Positions 18,847 through 30,722 of a stretch of DNA of 52,241 bases are shown here, one piece after another. Source of the stretch: Stramenopiles sp. TOSAG23-2 (Eukaryota). The notes beneath the pieces were generated by a model that saw only the letters and a program-made list of their open reading frames with translations, did not search any database and was not told the DNA's origin. Made by a program: the position numbers and the translations under genes. The stretch's first letter is position 1. Every line of letters begins with the position of its first letter. The stretch is from positions 1 to 52,241 of the forward strand of contig LT649263.1 in NCBI GenBank assembly GCA_900128395.1, written 5' to 3'.

Positions 18847-19743
18847 ATGAAACAACATCATACTCATACACATTGTTATGCTTTTTTAATTGTATTTCTT
18901 GGAAATTTTTTTATTACAAATGCAATAATACAATGTGATAACTCTACAACTCATTGTCCAACCGGTGGGCAATGTTGTCAGGCAGAATATAGCCCAACAA
19001 CGTTTGGTTGCAAATTACCTAATCAATTACCATTTATTCAAGAACATAAAATTCGTTCTAATATGTATGAAAGAAGCCATGTAGCGGAACCACCACATCC
19101 TACTGTTGCATGTTGTATGCCAGGACCTGATCTTGAACCAAGTAATACACTACCTAACACTATGATATTAGGCGATAGCGTATCTATTGGATATACTGGT
19201 TATGTAGCCAAAAATTTAAATAATTTAACACAATTACAACATTCACCATGGGATGAACATGACGGTGGTGCAGGTGCTACTTCGGTAGGTGTTGCTTGTT
19301 TGGATAATTTTTTAAAAACTCAAAGACAGACAACAGTGAAATGGGACTTAATTATGTTTAATTTTGGACTTCATGATTTGGATAATAAAACATCTTCTGA
19401 AGTATTATATAAAGCACAATTATTAAATATTACTAATCGACTAATGGCAACAGGTGCCAAGTTAATGTTTGCATTAACAACACCATTTATGCCTTTAACA
19501 ACTATTGGTGACACAGTCGTTGCGGACTTAAATAGAATAGCAACAGAAATTATGACAAACAAAAATATTCCTATTTTGGATTTGCATAAAGTAATAACAG
19601 ATCATTGTGGTGAATTATATACATATTGCGATTGGTGCCGAAAAGAACCTTGTTCATATCATTATAATCAATTTGGTTATGTAGCATTAGGTAATGCAGT
19701 TATTGAGGCATTAAAAAAGATGTTGGAGGGGAGAAATTTGTAA
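18847..19743 (+). CDS. Secreted SGNH/GDSL-family hydrolase with an N-terminal Cys-rich segment
   Basis: Signal-like CYAFLIVFLGNFFITNA, block I ILGDSVSIGY, block III WDLIMFNFGLHDL, and C-terminal His (SYHYNQFGY). Start moved to ATG 18847. Confidence 0.82.
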   Translation: MKQHHTHTHCYAFLIVFLGNFFITNAIIQCDNSTTHCPTGGQCCQAEYSPTTFGCKLPNQLPFIQEHKIRSNMYERSHVAEPPHPTVACCMPGPDLEPSNTLPNTMILGDSVSIGYTGYVAKNLNNLTQLQHSPWDEHDGGAGATSVGVACLDNFLKTQRQTTVKWDLIMFNFGLHDLDNKTSSEVLYKAQLLNITNRLMATGAKLMFALTTPFMPLTTIGDTVVADLNRIATEIMTNKNIPILDLHKVITDHCGELYTYCDWCRKEPCSYHYNQFGYVALGNAVIEALKKMLEGRNL

Positions 19744-19859
19744 AAAAAGAAAGGGGCGAGAAATGGATTTTTTAAAATTTTTGTTTTGTAAATTGTGTAT
19801 TTTATCTTTCTTTGTAACGATCGTTTTTTTTTTTTATAAAAAAAAATATTAAATCTCTC

Positions 19860-21339
19860 TCATTTCTTCCATTCCTCACCATTTGGAAATTGAAATTTTT
19901 CAATACTTTCTTTTTTCATTTCGGCATATCCAAATCTAATGGGTGCTTTGTAAAATAACCCACTATCGTTTTTATTAAAATCAACTGGATCGTAAAAATA
20001 TTCATGCAATACTGCTGTACTTTCACATACACGATCAATTTCATCTATAGGATTGAAACAAACATAATCAATCATTACCAAATGTCTTACATATTCACAT
20101 AAACCAACACCACCAGCATGTGGACATACTTTAATTTTTGCTTTTGCTGCCATTAGCAATACAGATAATATTTCACTTATCCCAGCTATACGACAAGAAT
20201 CAATTTGACAATATTTAATTGCATTCGTTTGGATCAATTGTTTAAATATAATTTTACTATTTGCAACTTCACCAGTAGCAACTCCTATGTCACTAAATTC
20301 TTTCAATGCGTTTGCAACCGTTAAATGTCCTAAAATATCATCGCAATTTGTTGGTTCTTCAATCCATAATGGTTTAAATTTCGATAATAATTTCATTTTC
20401 TCAATCGCTTCTGTTACATCCCATTTTTGATTTGCATCCATCATTAAAAAATTACCATTATCATAACCAATTACGGAACGTATTGCCTCAGCACGATCAA
20501 TATCCTCTTGTACATTTGCACTGCCAACTTTCATTTTAAAATACGTATGACCTTGTTTCAATGTTTCATCACATAATTTTTTTACTTTTTCAATTGAATA
20601 TCCTAACCATCCACAACTTGTCGTATATGCACGAAAACCTTGTGTTTTCATTAACTCTTTTCGTTCTTGCCATCCTGGTCGAACTTTTTTTAATAGCTCC
20701 AATGCTTCTTTTTTATCAATATAATCTGTCATATGTTTAAAATCAATAAATTCCACTAGTTCTTCTGGTTCCATATCAACGACTAATTCCCACAATGGTT
20801 TCTTCTCTTTCCTTGCCCAAAGGTCCCAAATTGCATTTAATATTGCACCTGCAGCCATGTGAATAACACCCTTTTCCGGGCCCAACCAACGTAACTGCCC
20901 ATCTTGTGTGATTTGATAATAAAAACCTTTATGATCTTCTTTATTCATCATATCTTTTAATATATCATTTTCAAAATCTTTTCCTACTAATACTTCAGAA
21001 AATGCTTCAATCGCTTTGCAAATAACTTCATTTCCACGCCCAAGTGAAAACGTAAGTCCATGGCCTTTTAATTCTTTGTCTTCAGAATCAGTATTAATTA
21101 TAATATAGGCACATGAATAATCTGGCAGAAAATGCTTCAATCGCTTTGCAAATAACTTCATTTCCACGCCCAAGTGAAAACGTAAGTCCATGGCCTTTTA
21201 ATTCTTTGTCTTCAGAATCAGTATTAATTATAATATAGGCACATGAATAATCTGGATTTTTATGTACAGCATCACTACCTGCTAATGTTTTTGATGTTGG
21301 AAAGCGTACATCGTATACTTCAATTGATGTGATTTTCAT
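19860..21339 (-). CDS. ENOSF1: L-fuconate dehydratase / mitochondrial enolase superfamily member 1, frameshifted in this assembly by a 130-bp duplication
   Basis: N-terminus MKITSIEVYDVRFPTS..GSDAVH.PDYSCAY (ORF 21094-21339) joins LRWLGPEKGVIHMA, AYTTSCGWLGY, KMKVG, MMDANQ, WIEEPT, ATGE, PHAGGVGLCE. Removing one duplicate copy gives an intact 449-aa ORF. Confidence 0.92.
20996..21255. repeat. Exact 130-bp tandem duplication inside ENOSF1
   Basis: cagaaaatgcttcaatcg...gaataatctgg at 20996-21125 and again at 21126-21255. Confidence 0.92.
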
Positions 21340-22332
21340 ATTGTATTATAGATACTATTATGAAATTTGTTATTATTCTTCCTTTTTGTATTGTATATTT
21401 AATATTGTATTATTGTCGTATCTATTTTTTTTTATATCGATATCTTCTCCTCTCGGTATCTTTTTTTATATTATTTATAATATATTTCCCCCTGATATAC
21501 CAACAATACGGTATTTATTTTTTTGAAGAAGTAAGGTGCTACAGTAAGAATAATTTAAATATTTAAATTGTTATCTTGGGCTTCCTTATATTTTTCTAAT
21601 TAAGGCTATAATACCTATACCTGGTATTATTTGTGGTAGACGACTATGTGCGCACGTTCGTATCGATAAGGTAAATATTTTTTCATCTCCTTTCTGTTCC
21701 ATTAGCAGACGACTATCTGTTTCTGCTATTCATTTACTAAATACCTTAATACGATGTTACCCCTCTCTCGCGCGACGACGTTGTTCTTCTTTTTTATTTC
21801 TTTTTCTCATAAAAAACATTTACGTTACATTAGTGCATTATTATGTTTAAAACATTATATTCACATACATCATATGTGTACATGCATTCCATTATGGTAT
21901 AACACAAACAGTTTAAGATTGTATAAATTAATTACAACAATATATATATTAATGATAATAAATAATAATATAACAAAGAAAACAAAAAAGCAGATAAAAA
22001 CATGCCAAGAGAACATCGTAGTACGACGAAAAGAAAATTTCAACAATGTGTCAAATACAAAAAGTTTTACGAGTAAAAATTTTATAAAAATTTAACTACT
22101 AACTATTTGTACTTAATTGAAACATAATCCTATATTAATTTTTAATTTACGATACGACTGGATTACATATACATACGTAAAAAATTAATAAAAAATAATT
22201 GTGGAAAACAAATTACACCACTAAAAGTGAAAAACAAAATTAAGAAACACAACATAAATGTATATATGAAAAACAAACCAACACAATCTAGTTCGCTTTC
22301 ATATGTACAAGGTTATATAATTATTTAAAATA

Positions 22333-22677
22333 ATGTCTAAAAAGTTGCAGAAAAATGGGGTATATGATATAATACAATTTGTAGATATTGAATGGGGTGA
22401 AAAATTTAATAATTCACAATTAACTGGTGAAAATATGGATACGTGCAAAATAAATTTAAATTCAAAACCTCCAACATTAAATTTTATGGATACAAAATTT
22501 ACAGGCACTGTTCTTGATTTGCCACAAGCATCATCGTCATCCTCGTCGTCGTCCTCGAAGTCAAACAATAAAAAGAGTGATAAATTATCAAATGTAATAT
22601 TAAGTGAAAAATGTAATGAAAAAATTAAAATAATTGGACAAACAAATAGAATTATAGAGTTTCATATTGACAAATAA
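22333..22677 (+). CDS. Small protein, possibly a TFIIIC subunit 6 (tau55/TFIIIC35) triple-barrel domain
   Basis: The pattern KINLNSKPPTLNF..KFTGTV...VIL...IIGQTNRIIEF resembles the triple-barrel consensus. Weak resemblance, recognised by eye. Confidence 0.4.
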   Translation: MSKKLQKNGVYDIIQFVDIEWGEKFNNSQLTGENMDTCKINLNSKPPTLNFMDTKFTGTVLDLPQASSSSSSSSSKSNNKKSDKLSNVILSEKCNEKIKIIGQTNRIIEFHIDK

Positions 22678-23110
22678 TAGTACTAAAAATATTTATAGAG
22701 AGAGATAGATCTTTATTACGTACGAGAAGTAGTGAGGAGTGTTATATGAGTGTAACAGTGCGGAGTATGAAATATATTTTCTAAAAAATACGTAAAATGA
22801 TATTATGAGCTTATTCGAACACCTTCTGGGAAAAAAAAGTCTCTTTTGATATTGTTGATATATATGATATATTTTCGTACATCTCATATTATACGAATCG
22901 TGGTATATAAATGATATTATTAGACTATGCTGCCAGGTAAGCAAGCTGGCAAGCTGGAAATCTCAAGGTGGAAAGACTCTGCGCTTGCCAGAGTATAGAT
23001 GCCAGGTATTACTCGCATTATTTTAATATTATTCTTTAATATAATACGCGAAGTATATAATATATAAGATTTAAAAAATTCGTATTTTTTTTTTAGAAAA
23101 TCGACTCCAT

Positions 23111-24065
23111 TCAAATTCTCAATGCATTCATAGCTGCACCAGCTGCCATATTTGCTGCTGTATTTGCAGCAACGTTACCCAAACTATTTACAGTTGAAGA
23201 AGCACTACTAACACTGGTTGATGAATATCTTCTATGATTCATTGGATTACGTGGGCGTTTCAATGGAAGTTTCTGCGGTGTTCTATTTTCTTTCATTGAC
23301 GTATAGGAACCAGTCATTTTATATTGACATAATCTACAGCCACATGGTACTGCTGGACCTTTTGCTTTCAATTTGTTTCTAGTTTCGATTTTATCTTTTG
23401 CTTTCATTTTCACGGTTTCCATTACTTCTATAAATTCAGTTACATCCATGTAATCACGCGGTGGATACATTTGTGCAATACAAACATCGCAACATGGTAT
23501 ATCATGATGGATATTATTACTTTCTGCCATACGATCACCTTTTGTTTTCTCCTTTGCTGGCAATGTTTTCTTTTTCTTACCACCTTTCTTACTTGTTTTC
23601 CTAGTAGATTTTTTCATTTTTTTCGAAGTAGTACTTTTACGACTACTTTTTTTACTTTTACTACTTTGAAATGATAATCCATTTGCATTTGAATGTTCTT
23701 CTAATAAGCTTGCTGCCCATACGTGCGTTGATCCAGCTGGTTCAGTAATTTCACGATAATCCGTTGGAGGTAAGAAATCAGCTGCGCATATCGGACAACA
23801 TTTACCACCACCATACATTCCAACAGGTGGTTTTTGTAATTTTACTTTACTTAATTGAGACTTCAATTAAAGCTAATTCTTCATAAAAATGTTGTGGACA
23901 AATTTCACAACATGCTGGTATTGTTGCTGGCGTTTGTGTTTTTGTTGTTGATGGTGATGCATTATCAGTAATTAGTTGTTTTCCAAATACTTGTTTATTT
24001 GGTAATATTATTCCAACAATTATGAATAATATAACAATTGATACGATATGATATTTGTTCATCAT
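23111..24065 (-). CDS. Secreted Cys-rich protein with repeated CCxxC motifs, split by a +1 frameshift at about 23847-23866
   Basis: The signal-peptide ORF (..PACCEICPQHFY..) overlaps a downstream ORF carrying the same motif (GKCCPICAADFLPP, IPCCDVCIAQMYPP, CGCRLC). Confidence 0.65.
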
Positions 24066-24515
24066 ATTATTCTGATGGATATGTATATAATACATACTTT
24101 GTTGATTTACTCGTTTTCTTAATGAATCGATTTAAATGAATGAATGAAAATCTATTATTTCTATTCATTCATTTCTATGACATATATATATATATATACA
24201 TATATATATCATAAAGTACTCATAACACTAGCTACCATACAATTAGGCCATGGTAGGTATACATATAGTATTGTACAACATTCTTCAAAATGTGTCCCGA
24301 ATATTGTTGTATCTTAACCTACAACGACAACAAAAATACGAGGGGAATATCACCTGAGGAAGATGAGGAAAGCACTTTCGTAAAGATTTAAAAAGTGGGG
24401 GGAGTGATTTAGTACTATGCCCATATTAATTTTTTAGTTGCCGAATTACTGTGAGATACCATGTTTATATTAGTTATGATATATATATATTTAATTCTAT
24501 TAATACAAACATTTG

Positions 24516-25370
24516 ATGAACAGACGACGTGTAGTTATAACACCGGAGCCTGTTCCTGTATTAGTTCCTGGTCAAAGTGGTGCAGCACCTGAACAAGAAT
24601 CACCAAAAGCTGAAACCGGAGCATCTACCGGTAGTGCAGAGCCAGAAGCAAAACCATTAGTTTGGGATAAAATTAAAAGATTGTACGATGAAAATAAAGA
24701 CAATAAAATTAGCTGGGCAGAACTTATTGCAGCAGCGCCAAAATTAAATACTCTACGTATGAAAACAATATTTATTAAAATCGCTGGTCCAAAAGGTTTA
24801 GCAAGCTACAATGATTATTTAAAGTTCGTTACACATGCGAAAAAAGTACCAGATGCACCAAAAGAACCTGAAACCCCAAGTGAGCCAATGAGACCTACAC
24901 CAAGTGAGCCAATGGAACCAATGAGACCTACACCAATGGAGCCAATGAAACCTCCAACTATGTGCCCAATGCCACGTTGTATGCCACCACAGCCACATTG
25001 TATTATTGAACCAAGTATGGAAAAGAATGAAAACGGTTGTCCAAAATATCCATGTGGTAAAATTACATGTGAACCTAAAGCACCGAAGGTGGAACCAATG
25101 GAGCCTGTCACTGTAGCGCCAAAACCAATGGAGAAACATTGGGAAAAGGTTTTAAGATTATATGACGAAAACAAAGATAATAAAGTAAGCTGGAGTGAGT
25201 TGATTAAGGCACAGCCTAAATTAAATACGATGGAAATGAAAGCAATTTTCAACAATATTTCAAAAAATCAAGGTGGTTTAGCTAGTTATAATGACTACAT
25301 ACAATTTGTCAAACGATCTGAAGAAGTAAAACCAATGGCAAGGCCAATGATGATGGATAGGAGATTGTAA
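24516..25370 (+). CDS. Protein with two EF-hand-containing internal repeats separated by Pro/Met-rich and Cys-rich segments
   Basis: RLYDENKDNKISWAEL..GLASYNDY and RLYDENKDNKVSWSEL..GLASYNDY, PMEPMRPT repeats, and CPMPRC...NGCPKYPCGKITC. Confidence 0.72.
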   Translation: MNRRRVVITPEPVPVLVPGQSGAAPEQESPKAETGASTGSAEPEAKPLVWDKIKRLYDENKDNKISWAELIAAAPKLNTLRMKTIFIKIAGPKGLASYNDYLKFVTHAKKVPDAPKEPETPSEPMRPTPSEPMEPMRPTPMEPMKPPTMCPMPRCMPPQPHCIIEPSMEKNENGCPKYPCGKITCEPKAPKVEPMEPVTVAPKPMEKHWEKVLRLYDENKDNKVSWSELIKAQPKLNTMEMKAIFNNISKNQGGLASYNDYIQFVKRSEEVKPMARPMMMDRRL

Positions 25371-25516
25371 ACATAATGGGAAAATTTGTGAGAAGAGAGA
25401 TATGATACGACCCGTTCATACTGTACAGTGTATCATTATTACACCCCGAGAGAATATATGACACACACCAAAGAAAATTACGACACTCAACAAATATTTT
25501 TTTACTTTTTCCTCCC

Positions 25517-26572
25517 TCACCCTTTAATACATACTGGCAAATAATATTGATTTGAATTAAAATATCGAAATGATGTATCCTTCCATATTTCTTCATCACT
25601 AACATCAATATCAACTGGATAAAAATCAATTTGTGTAAAATTCATTTGCGTCAACTCAATTTTAATACATTCACATGCAACACCAAGGAAAAAAACATTA
25701 TCAGATATTCCATTGAAAAAACTATACATTCCACCAGGCCTAACTAATTTCGGCAAATGTTGATGAAATTCTCTTAAATGCCCAACATCATCAAATGTAT
25801 CAAAATAAACACTATCAAATGTACCGACGGTATCGATTACATCTTGCCATCGTCCAAAAACAATTTTAACATTTGGTTTCTTATCCCATCCATCAGCAAT
25901 CATTTTTTTATATACTTGCGGATGCGCTTCAATTATTGTATGTGATTTTACAGGATATTTTTGTATAGCTGTATCAATATAACCCATACCAAAACCTATG
26001 TTTAAAACATCGCCTTTACTTTGGCATAAAAGTTGCGCGTGTGCTTCCATCAATGGTTCCTCCCATTGCATCATTACACCACGATTTTCATCATCTAATA
26101 ATGCATTTCCTTCGTATCTAACATTTCGCTCAATGAAAATTTTCTCCTTTGCTTTTGGCACTTGCGTTTTATTTGCCACTTTATTTGCATCCAATGCAGC
26201 AAATAATAATTCAGCTTGTACTCCTATATTTACTAATTGGTTAACCATTTTTTGGTTATTCACTTTTAACGCATAGTCACCAGCACTTTCTCCATATTGA
26301 TCTAATGCATTCCATGGTGCTCCATGTTGTATTAATACACTAACAATTTCATGTTGTCCAAATTTTGCGGCTAACATCAAGCCGCTAGTACCATTATTTG
26401 GATTTTGAAAATTCGCTGGTACAGATGACGTAGAATCTTTTGAAGATAAAATTTTTTCTACCGTTTTAATATCACCATTTTCAATTGCCGTGAAAAATTC
26501 TTCTTGTATTTTTGTTAAAGGAATCGTAGTATTTTCGTTTTTATTATTATTATTTTCCACTATCGTTGCCAT
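25517..26572 (-). CDS. RMT2: Protein arginine N-methyltransferase 2 (ankyrin + GAMT-like SAM domain)
   Basis: Ankyrin ..GAPWNALD, VMMQWEEPLMEAHA, VLNIGFGMG, HTIIEAHP, GRWQDV, FDSVYFDTF, YSFFNG, YYLP. Confidence 0.92.
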   Translation of the reverse strand: MATIVENNNNKNENTTIPLTKIQEEFFTAIENGDIKTVEKILSSKDSTSSVPANFQNPNNGTSGLMLAAKFGQHEIVSVLIQHGAPWNALDQYGESAGDYALKVNNQKMVNQLVNIGVQAELLFAALDANKVANKTQVPKAKEKIFIERNVRYEGNALLDDENRGVMMQWEEPLMEAHAQLLCQSKGDVLNIGFGMGYIDTAIQKYPVKSHTIIEAHPQVYKKMIADGWDKKPNVKIVFGRWQDVIDTVGTFDSVYFDTFDDVGHLREFHQHLPKLVRPGGMYSFFNGISDNVFFLGVACECIKIELTQMNFTQIDFYPVDIDVSDEEIWKDTSFRYFNSNQYYLPVCIKG

Positions 26573-27049
26573 TTTTATTTTTATTTTTCCATTAATAATT
26601 ATTATAACAAATGAAAAGTTAAATGACTTGCTTTATTTAATTATATATAATATCTACCTTCATTAATTAGTTTCCAAATCTATATCTATATCTACCTTAT
26701 ATAATTAAATCTATTTTTTGTGGTAAAAAATTTTGCATTTGTCAATATTGTTTTCTTATTACTATTAACAGGTTCATAGCATCATCTTCTTTTTTCGCGA
26801 AAACAAACTCCATCATCAAAGCGACTCGCAATAACAACACTACATTAACATAGCTATTTATTAATTTGATGATGCTGCGGGCATGCTATTATAATGGATG
26901 GTGATGAAGAATTGAAGACGATTTTACAACCATATATATTGTATTAATAGAAGATGTATTTATTATAGATAAGGAGAAGACATAGACAGATAGACAACTA
27001 ACAATGTAAACAGATACAAACAAAAGAAGAAACAATTAGAATAGCAAAC

Positions 27050-27833
27050 ATGCCATCAACAAATAATGAAACCGATACCAATGAATTGAGTGCCATGGTA
27101 TATGAGTACTTGAAACAAAAAAATATGAAGAAAACTTCTGAGCAATTTTTAAAAGAATCCAATAAAGTATTTAAAGGAGATGCAAAATCTGTATTAAATA
27201 AAGCTACACCGATAAAATTAAAAGATTTATTTTCTAGCAAGAAAGGGGATAGTGATGAGAATGAGAACGATGCGGATAGTGAAAGTAGTAGTGATAGTGA
27301 TTCTAGCTCTGATTCAGATTCTGATTCCGATGATGAAGAAGAAGTAAAATCGCAACCAAGTAAAAAAATAGAGGAAAAGAAAATTGCAGCAACGAACAAC
27401 GTAGTTCCTGCTGTTAAAAAGAACAATAAAGAATCGCCCTCCTCCTCCTCATCATCATCATCATCAGACTCTGATAATGAAAAAGATTCACGCTCTGCTG
27501 CTATTAGCCAAAGAACAAAAGCACCTGCAGCAATTACGAATGCTAAAGACAGTAGTAGTAGCAGTAGTAGTAGCGATAGCGATTCATCGTCTTCAGATGA
27601 TGAAGAGCAAAATAAGACAAAAAATGTCGTTGCGAAAAAAACTGAAGCTGCTGTAGTAGTTAAGAAAAGTAATGGTGTTCCAAAACCTGTTATTAAAGCT
27701 AATGTCAGCAGTAGCAGTAGTAGCAGTAGCAGTAGTAGTAGTAGTGATAGCGATTCATCTTCCTCAGATGATGAAGGTAATAATAAATCACTTGATAAGC
27801 AACTTGGTGCTACAAAACGAAAATTATCTTTTG

Positions 27834-27870
<37 letters not shown>

Positions 27871-28474
27871 TAAGAAAAGTACATCAACAAATCCACCATT
27901 GAAAAAACGAAAAACAGAAAAGGGTAAAAGTAGTTCAGACGATTCATCATCGTCCTCCTCATCATCTGATTCTAGTTCGGACTCTGATGATGATGATGAT
28001 GTAAAGATGACTGTAAAAAGCAATACCAATACCGATAATAAAAAAAACAATGCACCAACGACAACAAAAGTTGTAGCAGAAAGTAGTAGTGAAGGTAGTT
28101 CATCTGAAGGTTCATCAGATGATTCTTCTTCTGATTCTGATTCCTCAGATGATGAAATGGTGAAAAAAACTACGAATAAAGCATCTGCTGAAAGTAAAAC
28201 GGTAAAAAGTCATCAAAAAGAACGTTTTTGTCGTATTAATATTGAAGCAGAATTAGAAAGTGTTGCTGGTACACGTTTTGCTGATAATTCATATGAAGGT
28301 ACATTTGGCGATGAAGGTTGGGGTGCTGGTGCATCTGCAATTTTATTACAAACACGTGGTAAAGATTTTCGTCACGAAAAAACAAAAAAGAAACGTGGTA
28401 CTTATCGTGGTGGAAAAATTGATTCAATGACCACAAGAAGTATTAAATATGATAGTAGTTCAGATGAAGAATAA
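27050..28474 (+). CDS. SRP40: Nucleolar phosphoprotein Nopp140/SRP40
   Basis: N-terminal LisH (MVYEYLKQKNMKKTSEQFLKE), alternating Ser/Asp and Lys tracts, and C-terminal SRP40 domain (DNSY..GWG..TRGKDFRHEKTKKKRGTYRGGKID). Confidence 0.92.
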
Positions 28475-29098
28475 AGAAAAGGAAGGAGAAAAGGTTTTTG
28501 TGGTGATTTAAAAAGAGAAAAACACGCGTGGTAGAAGGAGGAGAAAATAAAAGTTTAAAAATATTATTATTGTGTATATTTTTAGTATAACACCCCAATA
28601 TATTTTTAATATACAGTATACTGTAATATTAGTATTTCTTCATATAATAATATGCATCCTGGATCTGGATCCTGGAAATGATTATAAGGTATATTAGGTC
28701 AACAGCACTGTAAATTAAAATGGGTTATTTATATTATAGCTCGTATCCTCGTAGCGTGTAGACTACTGTCTGGCTGTCCTGTATGTACAAGGCTCCTCGT
28801 AGTCTACCAGGTAGCTAATGAGGGCCGCCACATCTGGCCATCTGCCATCTGGCCACATCGACGATCTTTTTATAGATCTCTCCTCGGTGCTCGTCCTCGA
28901 GATGATAGATCTACTGCTAGACTACTGTATCTTAATCTCGCGTCTGCTGTGGTACTCTGGTATAATATAGCACTTTTATAAAGATATATATACTATTCCG
29001 TATAGATAGATGGTGCAAAGAGTGCAAAGAGAAGCAAACAAACGTATAGGTATATACATTAAAGGAAACACAAGAAGTTTTCATTGTGTAAAAAAAAT

Positions 29099-29218
29099 AT
29101 GTTTTCGACTATACAACGCAGTTCTAAATATTTTTCAACTCCATCTTGTCGCCGTTTGTATAAAGATTTCTTTCCTCCATTAAATCAATATAGAACCATT
29201 TCATCTACAAAAATAGCA

Positions 29219-29249
<31 letters not shown>

Positions 29250-30073
29250 GTAAAGGCGACGATGACACAACAATACCCGATGCGCCATCAAAATTCCGTA
29301 CCTCCAGCTCATACTTACCACATCCAGACAAGGTAGAAACAAATGGAGAGGATGCCTTTATGATATCATCATGTGATCGTGTTCTTGGTGTAGCTGATGG
29401 TGTTGGTGGTTGGCGTGATTTAGGTGTGGATGCCGGTGAATTTTCAAGGGAACTTATGAAACATGCGGAAAACTATGTTAATGACACCGGTATACCAGAG
29501 CCACGATTTATTCTACAAACAGCATATGACAATGTTGAATCTATTGGGACCAGCACTATATGTCTTGTTAGTATCTTAAAAGGTAAATTGCAATCTTGCA
29601 ATTTAGGTGATTCAGGTTTTTGCATCTTTCGTCGTGGTGGTGAAGAAAATCCAAATTGTTTAGAAGAATATAAACTCATTTACAAAACTGTAGAACAAAC
29701 ACATTTTTTTAATTGTCCATATCAAATAGGTACAAATAGTAATGATGGTCCAGAAAATGCTGAATTCATTGAATATGATGTAAATATAGGTGATTTAGTA
29801 ATAGCTGCGACTGATGGTGTATTTGATAATGTTTTTGAATATGAGTTGGAAGAATTGATAAATGAAAATATTGATGTATATGTTGATACAAAAAGCAAAG
29901 CATTAGATGAGTCATTAGATAAATGTTCAAAAATAATTGCAACAACTGCACATCGTTATGGTGTTGATAGGAAACGACATGGTCCATTTAGTAAAAATGC
30001 ATCATTGTTTGGTTATGATTATAGTGGTGGTAAAACGGATGATGTTACGGTAGTTTTAGGTTATGTTGTTTAA
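29099..30073 (+). CDS. PTC7: PP2C-family phosphatase PTC7, probably mitochondrial
   Basis: PHPDK..GEDAF, GVADGVGGW, GTST, NLGDSG, QTHFFNCPYQIG, TDGVFDN, GGKTDDVTV. The N-terminus is Arg/Ser-rich and transit-peptide-like. Confidence 0.92.
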
Positions 30074-30722
30074 AATTCGTACAAATATATATATATATAT
30101 GGTTGTGTGGATAATAATGTGTGCATGATTATTATATAGTTAATGATATGATATCTATGATATCATTTTTAGTTTTATATGTTGGATGAATATATCATTA
30201 ATGTTAATAATATTTCTGTATGTTTACGTGTTGTTTATGTGCACACTTATTACATGTTTTTCTTTTAGAGAGTTTGAATGTAGACATGTATGTATATATT
30301 GTATATATATATAATGATAATATATATATATCATATATATATGTGTGATATGATACTGATTTTTTATGTGAATTGTGTGTGTGGTGCATTACTGTATGAT
30401 ACATCATGTGTATCATAACACACAAGATATCAGTATACACCGAGTATACGTTCGTATGATTTAATGATACCGTGTGTGTGTGTGTGTGTAATATTAAAAG
30501 GGGAGTTAATTTACGCATAATATTTATTTTTTAATATTTACTCATGATAACGTAATCGTTTTGTTCGCGCATAATATACATGCATAATATTTTTTTAATA
30601 CGGTACACGGTATATATTTTACGTGTAATTTAAAAATGTTATACAAAAAAATGTACGTTTTTAATATAAATTTATTTTTTTATAATAAAAATGACGATTT
30701 TCTCTCAACAACACCTTCTCTC

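Noticed and set aside
26998-28050. 350-aa antisense ORF over SRP40, and the many other shadow ORFs inside HECT, CFAP46, PI3K etc.
   Set aside because: Antisense or alternate-frame by-products of low-complexity coding sequence, with no recognisable motifs.
28741-28962. GC-richer island with a 9-bp inverted repeat (28758-28766/28799-28807) as a tRNA or snoRNA
   Set aside because: No cloverleaf, T-loop or convincing C/D or H/ACA boxes. It is explained by clustered short motifs.
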